A stretch of 64,000 bases of DNA from Obrimoposthia wandeli. Taxonomy: Eukaryota. Below, piece by piece: positions 12,016 through 24,696 of the stretch (the first letter of the stretch is position 1; the number at the start of each line of letters is the position of its first letter). The notes beneath the pieces were generated by a model. That model made no database searches. It was not told where the DNA came from and saw nothing but the letters and a program-made list of their open reading frames with translations. The stretch covers positions 248,001 to 312,000 of the forward strand of contig CDROCS010001239.1 of the NCBI GenBank assembly GCA_977020255.1. Direction: 5' to 3'. A program made the position numbers and the translations under genes.

Positions 12016-12241
12016 CTTACTAACCCTCTTTTATTGTCCAATGAGAGCCTCTTATTCAAATAATTTTTGTAATGTTTTTTTGTGCCTGTAGATTAAAATT
12101 AAGCCCGCCCCGAAGGGGCAGGTGGTGTGTGTTAGGGTATGAAGTGATATAAAGTGATACTGTAGCGCATGTTTTGTAGTTATTTTCGTGAGAATAGAGC
12201 CCGCCCGAAAGGGCGGGCGGAGGGTGGAGTGTTTCGGTGGT

Positions 12242-12452
12242 NNNNNNNNNNNNNNNNNNNNNNNNNNNNNNNNNNNNNNNNNNNNNNNNNNNNNNNNNNN
12301 NNNNNNNNNNNNNNNNNNNNNNNNNNNNNNNNNNNNNNNNNNNNNNNNNNNNNNNNNNNNNNNNNNNNNNNNNNNNNNNNNNNNNNNNNNNNNNNNNNNN
12401 NNNNNNNNNNNNNNNNNNNNNNNNNNNNNNNNNNNNNNNNNNNNNNNNNNNN
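12242..12452. other. Assembly gap
   Basis: Run of N. Confidence 1.
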
Positions 12453-12487
12453 GTACATCGCAGGACTAGTCTGTGATCAATGTCGGT

Positions 12488-12634
12488 CCCCCCTTGTTCT
12501 TTAAAACCGTGCATGTGTGTGAAGTGAAATTTCACTCCACACACCTACACGAAATTTCACTCCACACACATGCACGGTTTTAAAGGACAAGGGGGGAGGG
12601 GGTGTGTGGATTAGACCGGACACATCCACCTACT
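12488..12634 (-). repeat. Maverick right terminal inverted repeat
   Basis: Reverse complement matches 48913-49030 and 55003-55110; AGTAG-type terminus. Confidence 0.88.
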
Positions 12635-12871
12635 ATTGCAATGTGTTGTCGCAGAATCACCAGCACAGGTACAGAGGAAAGACTATCATTTTCTAATTTA
12701 TGGCTTCGCAGGCGTTCACCCACCATAAAGTGAGGCATACGAACAAGACGTAATCAGGATGGATCCTTAGTTAGGCCAAAACTGTAAACAACTATTGAGG
12801 ACTACAAAAACTATTTGTAACAAAATTCCAAAGTACATTCGTTAATTTAAAAAATTATTTGGTGGACTTCC

Positions 12872-13339
12872 TCAATAACTTTCAATTTTCAACATAGGTA
12901 TCTTTATTCCAATTTCATCCTTCTTGTAACCATAAAGTCGAATTGTTACAGTACATTGATTCTTTTTCGGAAATGCATCAACATCTATTTCTCTTTTATA
13001 GCCATCTAGAAATGCTGCATCAGCTCCTCGGATATAAAATTCGTTCTTATTGAATATAAAATTTGGAACCATTTTTTCAATTTTCTGTTTGAGATATTTA
13101 AAATCTAATTTTTGAATATTTGATAGATAATAACTAAACTTTCTTCTTTCAATTATTACAGGATTTACTAAAGCAATCAGTTGAGCCTTTGTCAAGAATC
13201 TGACTTTGTATTTGAAATATTGTTTCACTTCTTCATACATTTCCTTATCCGAATCCTCAAACATTTCCAAATCTCCATCATCACTCAGTGTTTGTTGGCT
13301 GTCTCTCATTAGTAATAAATGTATTTGATATAAATGCAT
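12872..13339 (-). pseudogene. Homologue of Maverick left-arm ORF (55814-56209)
   Basis: Shared DK.MYEEVKQY.KYKVRFL.KAQLIALVNPV...FPKK.Q.TVTIRLYGYKKDE. Confidence 0.85.
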
Positions 13340-13667
13340 TTATAATGATTTGTTCTTCAATGGCACATCCTGTTATAATAATTTGTAACAAAGTTATAAA
13401 TTTAATTATTTAATATAACTAAATCATTGAATTTGATCTTGCAAAAATTCATTAAAAAAATCTGGAACGAATTCCACACTCTTTATCAAACTAAATATAA
13501 TTAGAAATTCGATTTTATTCCTCGAAGATGTTTTGAAAATCTTCTCTCAAACTTTCTTGTTTTTATCAGTCATAGAAGCAGCCATATCTAGTATATAAAT
13601 CTATAACAACTAAAATATTTTTGAAATTTTCTGAATTATTAGACTAAATGGGCATTATTGCAATGTC

Positions 13668-14080
13668 TCAAGACCATGTATGATCTTTTTCATAAACTTG
13701 AAATTTTAGATATTTTTTAGGTTTTTTATATTGATGATGTAATTTATTTGCAAATTGCATTTGTTCAGAAGTATGTTCTTGTAATTTTACTTTTTCTTCA
13801 TTAATATTTTCTTTATTCATTTGTTCTATAATTTTTTGATTGGCCTGAGTTTTAGCTTGTCGAATCAATTCTGCTCCAATCATAAGCGGAGGAAGTCGAA
13901 CCGAAGGTTTTAGTGACTTTGTCATGCCTAAACCAAAGGCGATATTTCCTTTGAAAATTAATTTTAAAAAAGCTTTTTCTACTTTTTCTCTCTTAAAAGG
14001 ATCAGAAATATCATTTAGATCATGAATTAAATGTACATCGGCAACTTGTCTATCTCTTATATTTTCATTTCTATAAGCTT
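13668..14080 (-). pseudogene. Truncated PLA2-like (PLA2X-type) Maverick/adintovirus protein
   Basis: AY...IRDRQVAD..L....KAFLKLIFKGNIAFGLG resembles the C-terminal half of the adintovirus PLA2-like domain; the HD catalytic part is missing. Confidence 0.45.
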
Positions 14081-14109
14081 AAGTTTATAGGATAATAAGT
14101 ATTATTCAA

Positions 14110-15045
14110 TTGAATTTGAATTAACTTTATACAATTCGTTGTTGTTACTGGAGAAGTAGCTGTATTAGTTGTTGATGAAGATTAAAGTTTTTTTTCACTG
14201 AAGAAATTTCTTTATTCGTAAATTCAATTAGAATATATCTAGGTATGTATGCAAGATTTGCAAGCTTAACTGAAAATTTTGAACTAACGCCTATGTCAAG
14301 TGTTATACGAATTCTATTTAGATAATCTACATGAATAGGTTTGTTAGAAATCAGTCTATTAGAAGCTTTATCGCAGCTCTAGGGTTTAGAGTCCATTCAG
14401 GAATATGAAGTTCATTAGTTGAAAGTTTAAGTTTTGCTTCAGTACCGGCGGCTCCAAAATAAAATAGATTATTGTCAACTTGTCTATTACAAATGAGTTC
14501 TATAAAAACATTGTGAATTATTCGATTATAATTTTGGAGAAATCAAACAAGAAGTTAGAGTTCAAAAATTTCTTCAAATTTATCTTTATCATTATATAAA
14601 TATTTTCTTATTAAAAAACTTGTATTTGTATTTGCTGTATCATCTTTCTTTACATCTGGAATCCATTCAGTCATTTCTCCGTATTCTTTTTTATAGTATT
14701 CATCTACAAGAATAAAATTTAGCATGAAATAATAAATTCCTGGATTAAGAACATTTTCAACTTCTGTTGATCCGATTTTAAGTCTCATTTTTGAAAAAAG
14801 ATTTGGAAAGAAATTATTATTTTTAGTTCAAATTTATAATAAAGTCTAGCATTACAAACGTCTAAAGGATCAAAAGTTTAAAGACATTGAAAAACTATGT
14901 ATCCAGATTTATTAAGATTTGAAATAGATCCTGATGTTGGTGAAATTCTCAGAATATCATTTTTCTTTATATCGTGTGAAAAGTATTCATTGTGATGAAG
15001 ATTTATTTTTGACTTATCGGAAATTGAAACACTCGCGTTTTCCAT
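14110..15045 (-). pseudogene. Second, divergent Maverick major capsid protein remnant
   Basis: ISPTSGSISNLNKSG.I, FEKMRLKIG...VENV.NPG, LH.PEWTLNP, YIPRYILI.F; not alignable at DNA level with 3187-4416. Confidence 0.55.
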
Positions 15046-15059
15046 CTTTTAAAAACAAA

Positions 15060-16400
15060 TTTAACTAAAGGAATGCATAGGATTTAGTCCATCTCTTCTA
15101 AAGATTTTAGACGAAAGAACTCAAACACATCAGCTAAAGGATAAATGTATACTTTCATGTAATAAAGCATATACTCTAGGAGATTTTGACAATTACCTTC
15201 CAAAATTATCGAACCTCATTATAGTCTTGAAGGCTTACACCCTCAAATTCAGTTTTGGGTGGAATTTTTGTTGTATTTTCTAAATTTGCAAAGGCTTTTG
15301 CAAATTTATAAGGGAAAGTCCCCTTGTCAATAACCGAAGCTAAGAACACTGACTGTGTAATTAGTCATCTATTTAATGAGGCAGTTAGATTTTTTAAAGA
15401 CTCACTCAAAAACGGCGGAGCATCTGTAAATTTTAAACTGCAAAATTCAGTATATGCAGTTAAAGATAAATATTTATCTGAAGTTAAGGTATACCAGAAA
15501 TTTCCCAAGAGCTTAATTTACCCAATGCATATTTAAATATATGATGCAAATCACACTTTTGAGGTTATGAAACATGATGGGAATACGTGGATATTTAGGG
15601 AGTCGACGACCAAGGTTATAAAGGTTGCACGTCGTTCCCAAATATCGCTCCGTAATTTGATAATGATCTCTACGTACACTGGATACCACATAAATAACAA
15701 ATTATAATAGAATTAAAACGCAATCTATGCCAGTCATGATCATTGCTTGATGAACATTAAGATCATACCACGGTTTGACAACTACAGTTCCTAATTCCTA
15801 TAATTATAACATAAAATCTAAAATACAGTTTGAATCAGAAAATTCATGATACTGAGTTATATTGGGGCCTAAGAATAGTAGTCTTGCTGAAACCGGTAGG
15901 TGAATACTCTCATACTGGTCGTGCAATGCTAAAATTGACTCAAAATGAGCATACACACTAAATTCAACGAGTGTGCTTTATCCTTATTGCATTTTGTTCT
16001 CGGAATTCATTGTACATTATTTCAGGTGTTTGTTGTAAGAGAGCTGAGATCTTAACCCAAGTAAAAATATATGACACCACTTACACCAGTAAGGCTTCAT
16101 TATCAAAATTTAAAAAACAGTCTAAATTGGAAATTGCAGCATAGGGGAATTTATTGTTATGATCGAGCAAACTTACGTTGACTGGAGTCCGCTCACTTTT
16201 GCTCCTATATGTTACATCTACGAAAGGACATTCTTAATTTTTTCCTATGTTGCATTAATTGGGACAACGGTATTATATTTGAATACATTAATTCTCAAGT
16301 TATTCATGTCTTCAAATCTGGACATCGCATTTAATTCATTTAAAAATAGGTATATTTACTGATTTTATTCGATTTTCAGTAACTTAATTAAGAACAATAG
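15060..16400 (-). pseudogene. pPolB fragment related to copy 1
   Basis: Clear DNA similarity to 5850-6890 (about 80% by eye); many stops. Confidence 0.88.
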
Positions 16401-18568
16401 TACTATTCGTTCTTCGATAGTTGCCCTAATATATACATGTACATTTTATTGCCAAAATTTGATTTTCTGCAACTATACAATATACCACTATGATTTACGT
16501 ATATGCACCAAAACAGATGAAAAAAATCGAATAAACTGAACATTTGCAAATCCAAAATCATTAAAAAATGAATTCAAGAATAAAATAATTTTATTAAAAA
16601 TACACATTTGTAAATTAACTTGAATTTAAAATTCCTTTTATAAAATTTATTTATGATCAAAATATTGGACATTATTAGTTTTATTTTAATAAAATTTGTT
16701 TTAAAACTGTTGATTTTGTTAATTAAATAATTCTAAATATGTTATTTAAATGTTTTGATTTGAAAGTGTTATGAAAAGTATAAATTAATTTCACGAAATT
16801 ATCGAATTAATGAAGAATCACTTTGTACTACTCACGCCTTCTGAAAATCGTTTTATTAATTTGAAAGGGTTCATAGATATTTCTGTATTTATGTCTAAAT
16901 GAAAGCTAAGGAGATTGGGGTTGTTTTAGTTACATCTCAGTAATAGACTTATCGTTCTTATTTTTAACCAGTATTTAAATGTATAAAACCTCTTTTAATT
17001 GTTGGTCCCATATTTTATTTTTATTGTAATTTCACTAAAAAAGTAATTTATTAAAATTAATTGATTAATTTTAATATTTGAAGCTTCCTATTTAAAATGT
17101 TTTCCTAAAAATACTATTTAGTCTAGTTTAACTTTATTTTAGTTCAATTCAAGACTAATTAAATTAAGGTTTTTATTGTTATGCTTTAATAAAATTATCG
17201 TTGGGAATTCTGAATAACGAATTTTTAATGATTTTACCCATATTGACATGAAAAGTGTTCACTTTTAATGACCCATTAATGCTTTAAAAAAAACTTGTCT
17301 GTAACCTAATTTTAAGATATTATTAGATGTCAATTCCTTTAAATTTCACATATTATGGTAAATTTGACATTTTTCGTTAATTGCATTTTGATTTAAATTT
17401 GTCCAAAATTTGACGTCAAATAAATATATATCAATACAAATTTTGTAATCAAATTACTTACAGTTACAATTGAAATCCTTTGTAATTGAATATAATATAA
17501 GAAGGTGCATTATAAACTTGAAATTTACCATTATAATTAAGCTTGTGTGAAATTGTGACAATTAATGCTAGTTTATCGAATTACATTTTTGAATTACATT
17601 TTGGAATTGAAATAAGGAATAAAATGTTGAATTTAAAATTTGTATGTTGTCAATTGGAAGCATTTTAAAAAACAAAGTTGTGAATTTAATACAAACCGTT
17701 AATAAACTTCAACGATAATTTTTTTTTTAATTTCGAAAAGATCATATGAGGCCTATTTCAATATTAATTTATATTATTCACTAACAAATATTGTCAAAAA
17801 TTGGATTTTTTCATAGTACATTTAGCTACTGTAATTTACAAATTTTAATATTTTTATATAAGAAGAAAAAGCAACTTGCGTCTATTTCCTCAATTATTGA
17901 GTGATCGACATTATAATAGGAAAGAAGAGGGAACAGATTGGAATAATTGAGTGAATTAATCTGAATAACATAAATTGACCGTGAAATATGGGTTAGAATT
18001 AATCTGAATTAACCTAGCAGTGATATAATGGGAATTACTCTAGTAAATTTGAATAACTTGGAAGAACCAAAAAGATTGGAAATAATTGAAAAAGTTCAAA
18101 GTAAACAAGGGATATTAATAAATTAGTGAATTCATAAATTGTAAAGTGGTATGTTTATTGGTTCAACACCTAGTCTAATTAGAATGTGATAATTGTGTTA
18201 GTAATAAATATAATTTTCAAAATACTTTTGGGAGTTAAATGCTGGTATCGACTATCCCTAATATAGTACAGATTTAGAGTAATTAATAAAAAGAAAACAT
18301 AAAGCAGTGTCATACAAACAATCTCTATTGATGATTCAACGGTCCTACATAAAGTAGAAGCGCTGAAAAACGCCCGAAGTAACTATGACCGGATAAAAAT
18401 GAATCACTGATCAATCATTGAAAAATCCAGGAGGGCTTCAACAACAAAGAGATGAAGGAGATAACAAAAATTAATATGGAGATTGCCAGTAGTGTTGAGA
18501 AATTAAAACTTGCAGTAGAGAATAAAATAAATAATCATAATTTTCAGAATAAAAATGCTGAAAAATAT

Positions 18569-19558
18569 TGTTACAAATACTTTCAATAAATTTCGTTTTC
18601 AAGAAGACTCCAAATTGTTTGAACTATATGTTTTATTTTCTCGATCAACTCTTCAATAGAACTTTCAATAAAATTCGTTTTCAAATATTGGGAAAGTTTT
18701 TTGTAGATATTTTTCCACTTGGATTGTTTTAACAATTTTCACCACAAAAACATAATGATCAAAAATTGTCAATGAACAGTAATAGTCTTTTATTCAATAA
18801 AAATTTTGTCTTCACAAACGTGTGACACAATTCTAAAATACATTCCTTAAATAGTCAGTAAATCCCAGGCACACACAACAGCTGTCCAGCCAAAACTATC
18901 CTGTAGACATAGCTGCACACATAAACATGCACCAAAATAGTACCTAAAATCAATATGTATGTGTGCAGTAGGAGAGGAAAATGGGAAAAATTGCACACAC
19001 ACGTACACAAAAGTTAAATTAATTTCACATACACACAACCAGAGACCAAAAAAGAAGAGATGGTGGCGATAAACTACTGATCTCCCAGCAGAGATACAAT
19101 CTCGCCCATGTCCTCCGACAGCTCCTCCACACAGCCAGGTCATTGCCAGATGAAAGGGAGAGAGAGAGGGAAAACCTGCGACAGATACAACATAATTTCC
19201 GGTCGAGAACCGGCTACAAAGGGAAGACCAATCCGTAGAACATGGCGGCTGGCCAAGAGCGGGGAGCAGAGGATGGCTGCGAGGAAAGGACAACGGCCTG
19301 GATGAGGTTGGCCGAATCAAAAAATGGACAAAGACAACAGTTGGCTGCTGATAACTGCGCTGGGTGGAGGAAATCTATGTGATGAAATCACCTTATAGTT
19401 CAAGCCGCCTTCCTGACGAGCCCGAAAAGGCGAAACGTGGTTTTCACCACGTTGGAAGCTGACTAGGAAAATACCTCCCTGATTGTGGGCATTTCAGTAA
19501 TTTTGAAAATGTCAATTTAAAGTGACTCTAATTTATTTAATTATTCTTAAACCCAACA
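18569..19558 (+). mobile_element. LTR-like unit H1 with hammerhead ribozyme
   Basis: TGTTAC...CCCAACA flanked by ATAT/ATAT; 3' end homologous to H3 and H4. Confidence 0.7.
19407..19459 (+). ncRNA. Type I hammerhead ribozyme (slightly decayed)
   Basis: GCCTTC CTGACGA GCC-cgaaaa-GGC GAAAC GTGG-ttttca-CCAC GTT GGAAGC; one stem I mismatch and a GUU triplet. Confidence 0.8.
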
Positions 19559-20282
19559 ATATTATTCAGAAGAAAAAGGTTAAAGAAGTAAGAAAATACA
19601 TCCCATTTCTGATATTCAGAATAGCAATGTATTTTACAAAGGTAATAACGTATCAGATGAACACGAAAGCGTTGGTCTGTGAAGAAATCCTTAGTATTTG
19701 TCGGGGAACAAAAGCTAGCCGTGGATTCAAAGTCCAAGAAACATATCAAAAACAACTCCCAAACACAAAATTCAGTATGAAGATGTTGGGGTTTCTATAT
19801 GAAACTACTTTTGGAGTTTAGATGTAGATCCTCTGATGGAGGCTCCCAACGTGAGTTCTATAGAAGTAGGGCTTGCAGTTGTTTGTGGCCTACTTAAGTT
19901 GTGCTTACCTGTCTCAATGTCTAATCTGAAGGTTTGTTTTTGTTTGTTATTGTGGAGATGTGTGAAGAGCTGTGTATCCAGCACTGGAAATATTCCCTTA
20001 GTGTGGTGTAACGTATGGAGTATCTGGTAACTGCTTGGGCTCAAAGGTGTTAGAAACAACGTTGTTTAACTTGTAGGAAAACTTTATTATTGAAACACAC
20101 TAATTTACGTTTCTAAAAATGACAACAACTAAATCTAACTTCGCTTCACTAACCCTCACACAAATGGGGATGTCTTACGTATCGATTTTATAAATTCTTT
20201 AGTCGAACGTTTACTTCTTCTTATGATTTTATCGTACAATGTGGCGATTTTAAAGTCAAATTATTTTACTGATTCTCTTACC

Positions 20283-20525
20283 AGGATTCAAAATTATTTT
20301 ATTGAGATTCATACTTCTTATTTTTACTCAATCCTTTTACTATGATTCAAATTTATCTTATTGAGATTCAAACTTCTTATTTTTTACTCAATCTTTTTAC
20401 TAGGATTCAAAATTATTTTATTGAGATTCAAACTTCTTATTTTTACTCAATCCTTTTACTAGGATTCAAAATTATTTTATTGAGATTCAAACTTCTTATT
20501 TTTACTCAATCCTTTTAGTAGGATT
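20283..20525. repeat. ~61-bp tandem repeat, about 4 copies
   Basis: AGGATTCAAAATTATTTTATTGAGATTCAAACTTCTTATTTTTACTCAATCCTTTTACT repeated. Confidence 0.92.
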
Positions 20526-20616
20526 ATCTTTAATATATAATACTAGAGTCAGATTATCTTAAATTTCTCACCTTCCTTTTCTGACTTTAAAGTATCCTCT
20601 CGTCGGTTCTTCCTTC

Positions 20617-22261
20617 TGTTAGGTTTAGGTTTTTGAAATAAATTAAATAATTAATTGATTTTATAGTGAAATAGAAATCCTTGAAAGCAAGGTTAGAATT
20701 AAATAAATTTAATATCAAAATTAAAATTGATGAGATTTAAAATTATAATAAAATATTTAAGGATGAACCACGATCGAGGTCGTTAGTGTGATGCGTAAGT
20801 ATTTATAAAAGTTTAGGGCCCCAAGAATCTTAATGACAAAAAGTGAGTCAATTAACGAAGAGTATAGAATCGAATTATTGTAAAAGTGCAGCTGCTCGAC
20901 TGACGAAGAAAATTGCTCTAGAATCCTGCGAGAAATCCGTGAACCAATTACCAGCTGACAGCCGTCTCAACAATCTCGAGGTCAAAAATGCTAAACTAGA
21001 CGATAAAATAGCAATTGTTTCTTCCCAGATATCCCACATAACTAAGGAACAACTTTCAAATTTGATTGTCAAAATGTAGACTCAAAATACAATTGAATAT
21101 CAAATGGAATTACTGCAGAAAATCTAGTCAAAAGTAATTGCATTCACAGTGGGTTATTTAATACCTTTAAAGAAGAAGAATGGCTCAGAGTTTATCGCAA
21201 GGATGAGAATTTAAAACTTACTGAGAACTGAGATATTAAAACGAGAAACTGCAGCTGAGAACTGGAGATAGTTCCAGCTGGGTGTAAGCCAAGAAAAGTT
21301 GAGAACTGTTCAAGATTGACCGATCTGGATCGGTTATACAGAGACAATTAACTGATTCCAAGTACGCTGACAGGGAAATTGAGACTGAGCTGAATTTCGG
21401 GAGTAGTGCAAGATTTCGGCTGGAACGCGGGATCATAGCGTTGAGCGATCACTGATCGATGCACGAGAGTGATCGGCTGGCGCGGATCAGGAAATGATTG
21501 GACTAGGATCGCGACGTGGACGTTGAGAGTTCGGCTGGCGCGGAAAAGAAGTGCGATTGGCGCGGATGGCAGAGTTGTCTAGTTTCAGATGACTATTAAT
21601 TTTTAAAGTAATTTCTGAAGTGAACTGCGTTTTCAACATTGATTAGAAAAGTTTTTCCGCTGTTGGTGAACTGCGTTTTCTTCTTCTTCTGACAATTGAC
21701 TTAATTTTGAAGTGAACTTTTTCATACATTTGAGGCTAAAAAGTAAATTTTGAAGCTCTTGAAAGTCTGAGTTTTCATACATTGAAAATAAGTAAATTTT
21801 TCCTGAAGTGAACTGCGTTTTCATTTCATTGACTAGTAATTTCCAAGTTGAAATACTTATATCAATTTAACTGTGTCACAATTAGAGTAAAGACTCTAGC
21901 GACCGACTAACCTATATTAAAACTACACACGATTCGTGGTTCATCCCCACTTGTGTTTACAGAAGTCTTAATATTTTACTGTAACTTTTTAAAATACGTA
22001 CGTAATTTTCAACGTATTGCTTTCAAGTGATTAGTCTAGTGTTTAACAATAAACAATTTCTACAACTAGAAAGCATTTTCTAAACCCTTCAGATTAAGAG
22101 ACATCTAAATCAAACACCTTTTACTAGATAAGATTTATCTTGAGATTCAGGCAACTATAACATTAAGTAGACTCAATCCATTCTTAGTAGGACCTCTTTA
22201 ATATAGAACTCACGTAGGTCCACATTATCTATAAATTTCACCTACTAGAAGTACCCCAACA
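20617..22261 (+). mobile_element. LTR-like unit D nested in A
   Basis: TGTTAGG...CCCCAACA flanked by CTTC/CTTC. Confidence 0.75.
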
Positions 22262-23399
22262 CTTCCACTTATTTTCCTTGAACAATGCTACCTCGGAAAG
22301 CAAAGCTATCCGGAACGACTTGTATTCTGTTTTCTCTTGCTTTCTCAAGTCCCTGCTTTATTTGTGCTTCTTTATCGCTTATAATGCTTTCACCAGACGC
22401 GATGTTTCCTAAAAAATAATTAAACTGCACTTAGTTTAAGTGCACCTACCTCTAAACGTGATGAATTCCCAAGCGAGTCTGCGGATTTCCTTGCTTGGGC
22501 GTTGTCTCGGCTGTCTGCCAACAGTCAATTCCCAGCGTGCTGTGGCTTCTGCTAATTGATTTTAGCTCCCTTGGATTCTTGCTTCTGCTAATTGATTTTA
22601 GCTCACTTTCTTCTATTAATTGAGTTGGGCTTCTGCTAATTGATTTTAGCTCACTGGGATTCTTGCTTCTGCTATATTTTCTCTTTTTTGCCTTCTATAA
22701 TTTTTGCACTTTTGGGCCCTAAACATTTTCTTATATACAGCACATTAAACACTTGACCTCCTCAAGGTTCTAAAATACTTTTCATTTTATTATTTTAATT
22801 TTTAAATTCTATTTTAAAATTTTATTCTAATTTTCAAGGATTTATTTCACTAGTTAATAAATAATTATTTTCCTAATATTATTAATTACCTAATCCTAAA
22901 AGAGACAAAATTATGGAAATCTATGTCGCACATTGCCACCGTACCAGGGCACCGGTTGGGTCAAACTCAATCCGGGGAGAAAGTATGAATTCTCGCGAGG
23001 AACAACTTTGACGATCAAAGGGAGTATAAGAAGTACCCTGCATTCCTCATATATGAGACCTACGTGGAGGCCTACTTTATTTACTTAACAATGGAAAGGT
23101 GATTGTTGCCACACAAAAAAGATTGTTAGCGAGCAACTGAAATGTGTACGAGAAAGTCCTGAGTGTCAGCAATGGTTATCAAAAGATAATTTCTAAATAA
23201 GGAAGAAAACCTACGAGTGTGACCTTTTATTCAAGAAAGATCATGTCCACTACTACGAAAGTCTGAAAACTACAGCACAACCTGTAGAATAAGTACTCCG
23301 GAAGTTGGGTATAAAGCCACCTTGTTTCAGGTTCTTGCACTACTATCGGCACCCATAACTTCAGAGAATATAGATCCTACTAAAAAATATCATAAAACG

Positions 23400-24290
23400 C
23401 ACAATCTTCGAGAGGAATAGGAGTGAGTCTGACAGGGTTGCCAAGCGTACTCAGAGTAACACTCCTCCTTTTAACTAGTATTCTCAGCATTGGAGAGGGT
23501 TAGGGTGCTGTTGTCATTGTTGACATCCTCAATGTGATGAGAGATAAGACCGTGGAACCCATGATCGTGATCAACTGCATCTAACGTAGATTTGTGGAGA
23601 AACAGTTTGCATTAAAGCATGAAAATGATAAAGACAAACATTACAAACCCGGAAATGCAGGAGCTGTCGTCAAGGACCATGATCTTGCCAAATTTTATTG
23701 TGCAAATCCCAAAAATAATCAATCAATCATATTATGATCGAGAATCTAGATATTCACAGTACGCCGAAAGGAAAAAACATACTTGGTTTCTTTGGAACTA
23801 AGATGTCAGAACCTATACTAACAGATTGGAGTACATTACCTAATGACCTATTTCAGAGAGGAGAAAGTGCCTTTAAGTGTGATATCGTTACTGCAAAGAT
23901 GGTAAGTTTCACTCTCAGGAAAGCTTCTGCCCCATGGCCTGATGGGATAACATACTCTGATATCAGAAAACAAAACCCAAATCGCAATGAAATAATGTCA
24001 TTGTTTAACAAGATATTGGAAGCCAGAACCATGCCTACTGCATGGAGAACCTTCAGGACTAAGTTTATTCCAAAAGCAAGAAAAGATTCTCACAGCGACA
24101 TTTCTGTGTAGAGAGTTGCCTTTACAAAGTACTGGGAAGTGTAAATACTTCTGATCTACAAAAGAAAAGCTTCTACATGCATCCCAAAACAGCGTCAGCA
24201 GGTTATAGCACAACGCAATAATCAATTTCGTCATATCCTTAACACAACAATAGATTAGGGCCGTCAAGTTATCCGGAACATAGACTCTAC
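23400..24290 (+). pseudogene. Non-LTR retrotransposon (R2/NeSL-like) RT remnant
   Basis: SAPWPDGITY (cf. SAPGPDGI.Y), LFNKIL....P.AW...T.FIPK in ORF 23734-24111. Confidence 0.7.
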
Positions 24291-24292
24291 AG

Positions 24293-24696
24293 CAAGGTTT
24301 CATAAAAAATTAACACCCCTGTTTTCACTGGGTTAAACACTTCGATGGCTGCACACGTGTGCCACAAATAAATGTTTGACATGGAATAAAAACAGAGTAT
24401 AGACTTCTAGATACATATGTGACAATTGTGTGACAATGCAGAAATCCGTTTACGACTTTCTGAAATTGCTCCAGATTTCACTACACTTGTTGGCAAACGC
24501 CAAGCGCAAGGGTCACACTAACATTTTTTAAATATAGTTTTCTCATTGATTATCTTTTTGAATGTTTCCATGACAGAATAGTATAATTGAAAACAATACG
24601 TATACGATGTAATCTTTTTGTCCATAGTAGAGGGGGGCCACAGCAATTTGCTGCAAACTAAAGGGGGCCGTGGTGAAAAAAGGTTGAGAAACCCTG
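24293..24696. mobile_element. hAT-type MITE
   Basis: Imperfect TIR CAAGGTTTC / GAAACCCTG with 8-bp TSD CTCTACAG (24285-92 and 24697-704). Confidence 0.8.

Larger units (their letters stand above)
1..12634. mobile_element. Maverick/Polinton (adintovirus-like) element, copy 1; left part outside window, right terminus at 12634
   Basis: Gene order ATPase-small ORF-integrase-penton-core-MCP-protease on +, pPolB on -. Ends ...GGACACATCCACCTACT, the reverse complement of the AGTAG(G)NGGATGTGTCCGGTCTAATCC termini at 48913 and 55003. Most genes are disabled. Confidence 0.93.
19808..22901 (-). mobile_element. LTR-like unit A (old), interrupted by unit D
   Basis: Both ends homologous to B, C and D; net length about 1.44 kb after removing D, matching B. 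Termini are decayed and no TSD is recognisable. Confidence 0.6.

Noticed and set aside
12056-12544. ORFs containing X runs
   Set aside because: Artefacts of reading through the N gap.
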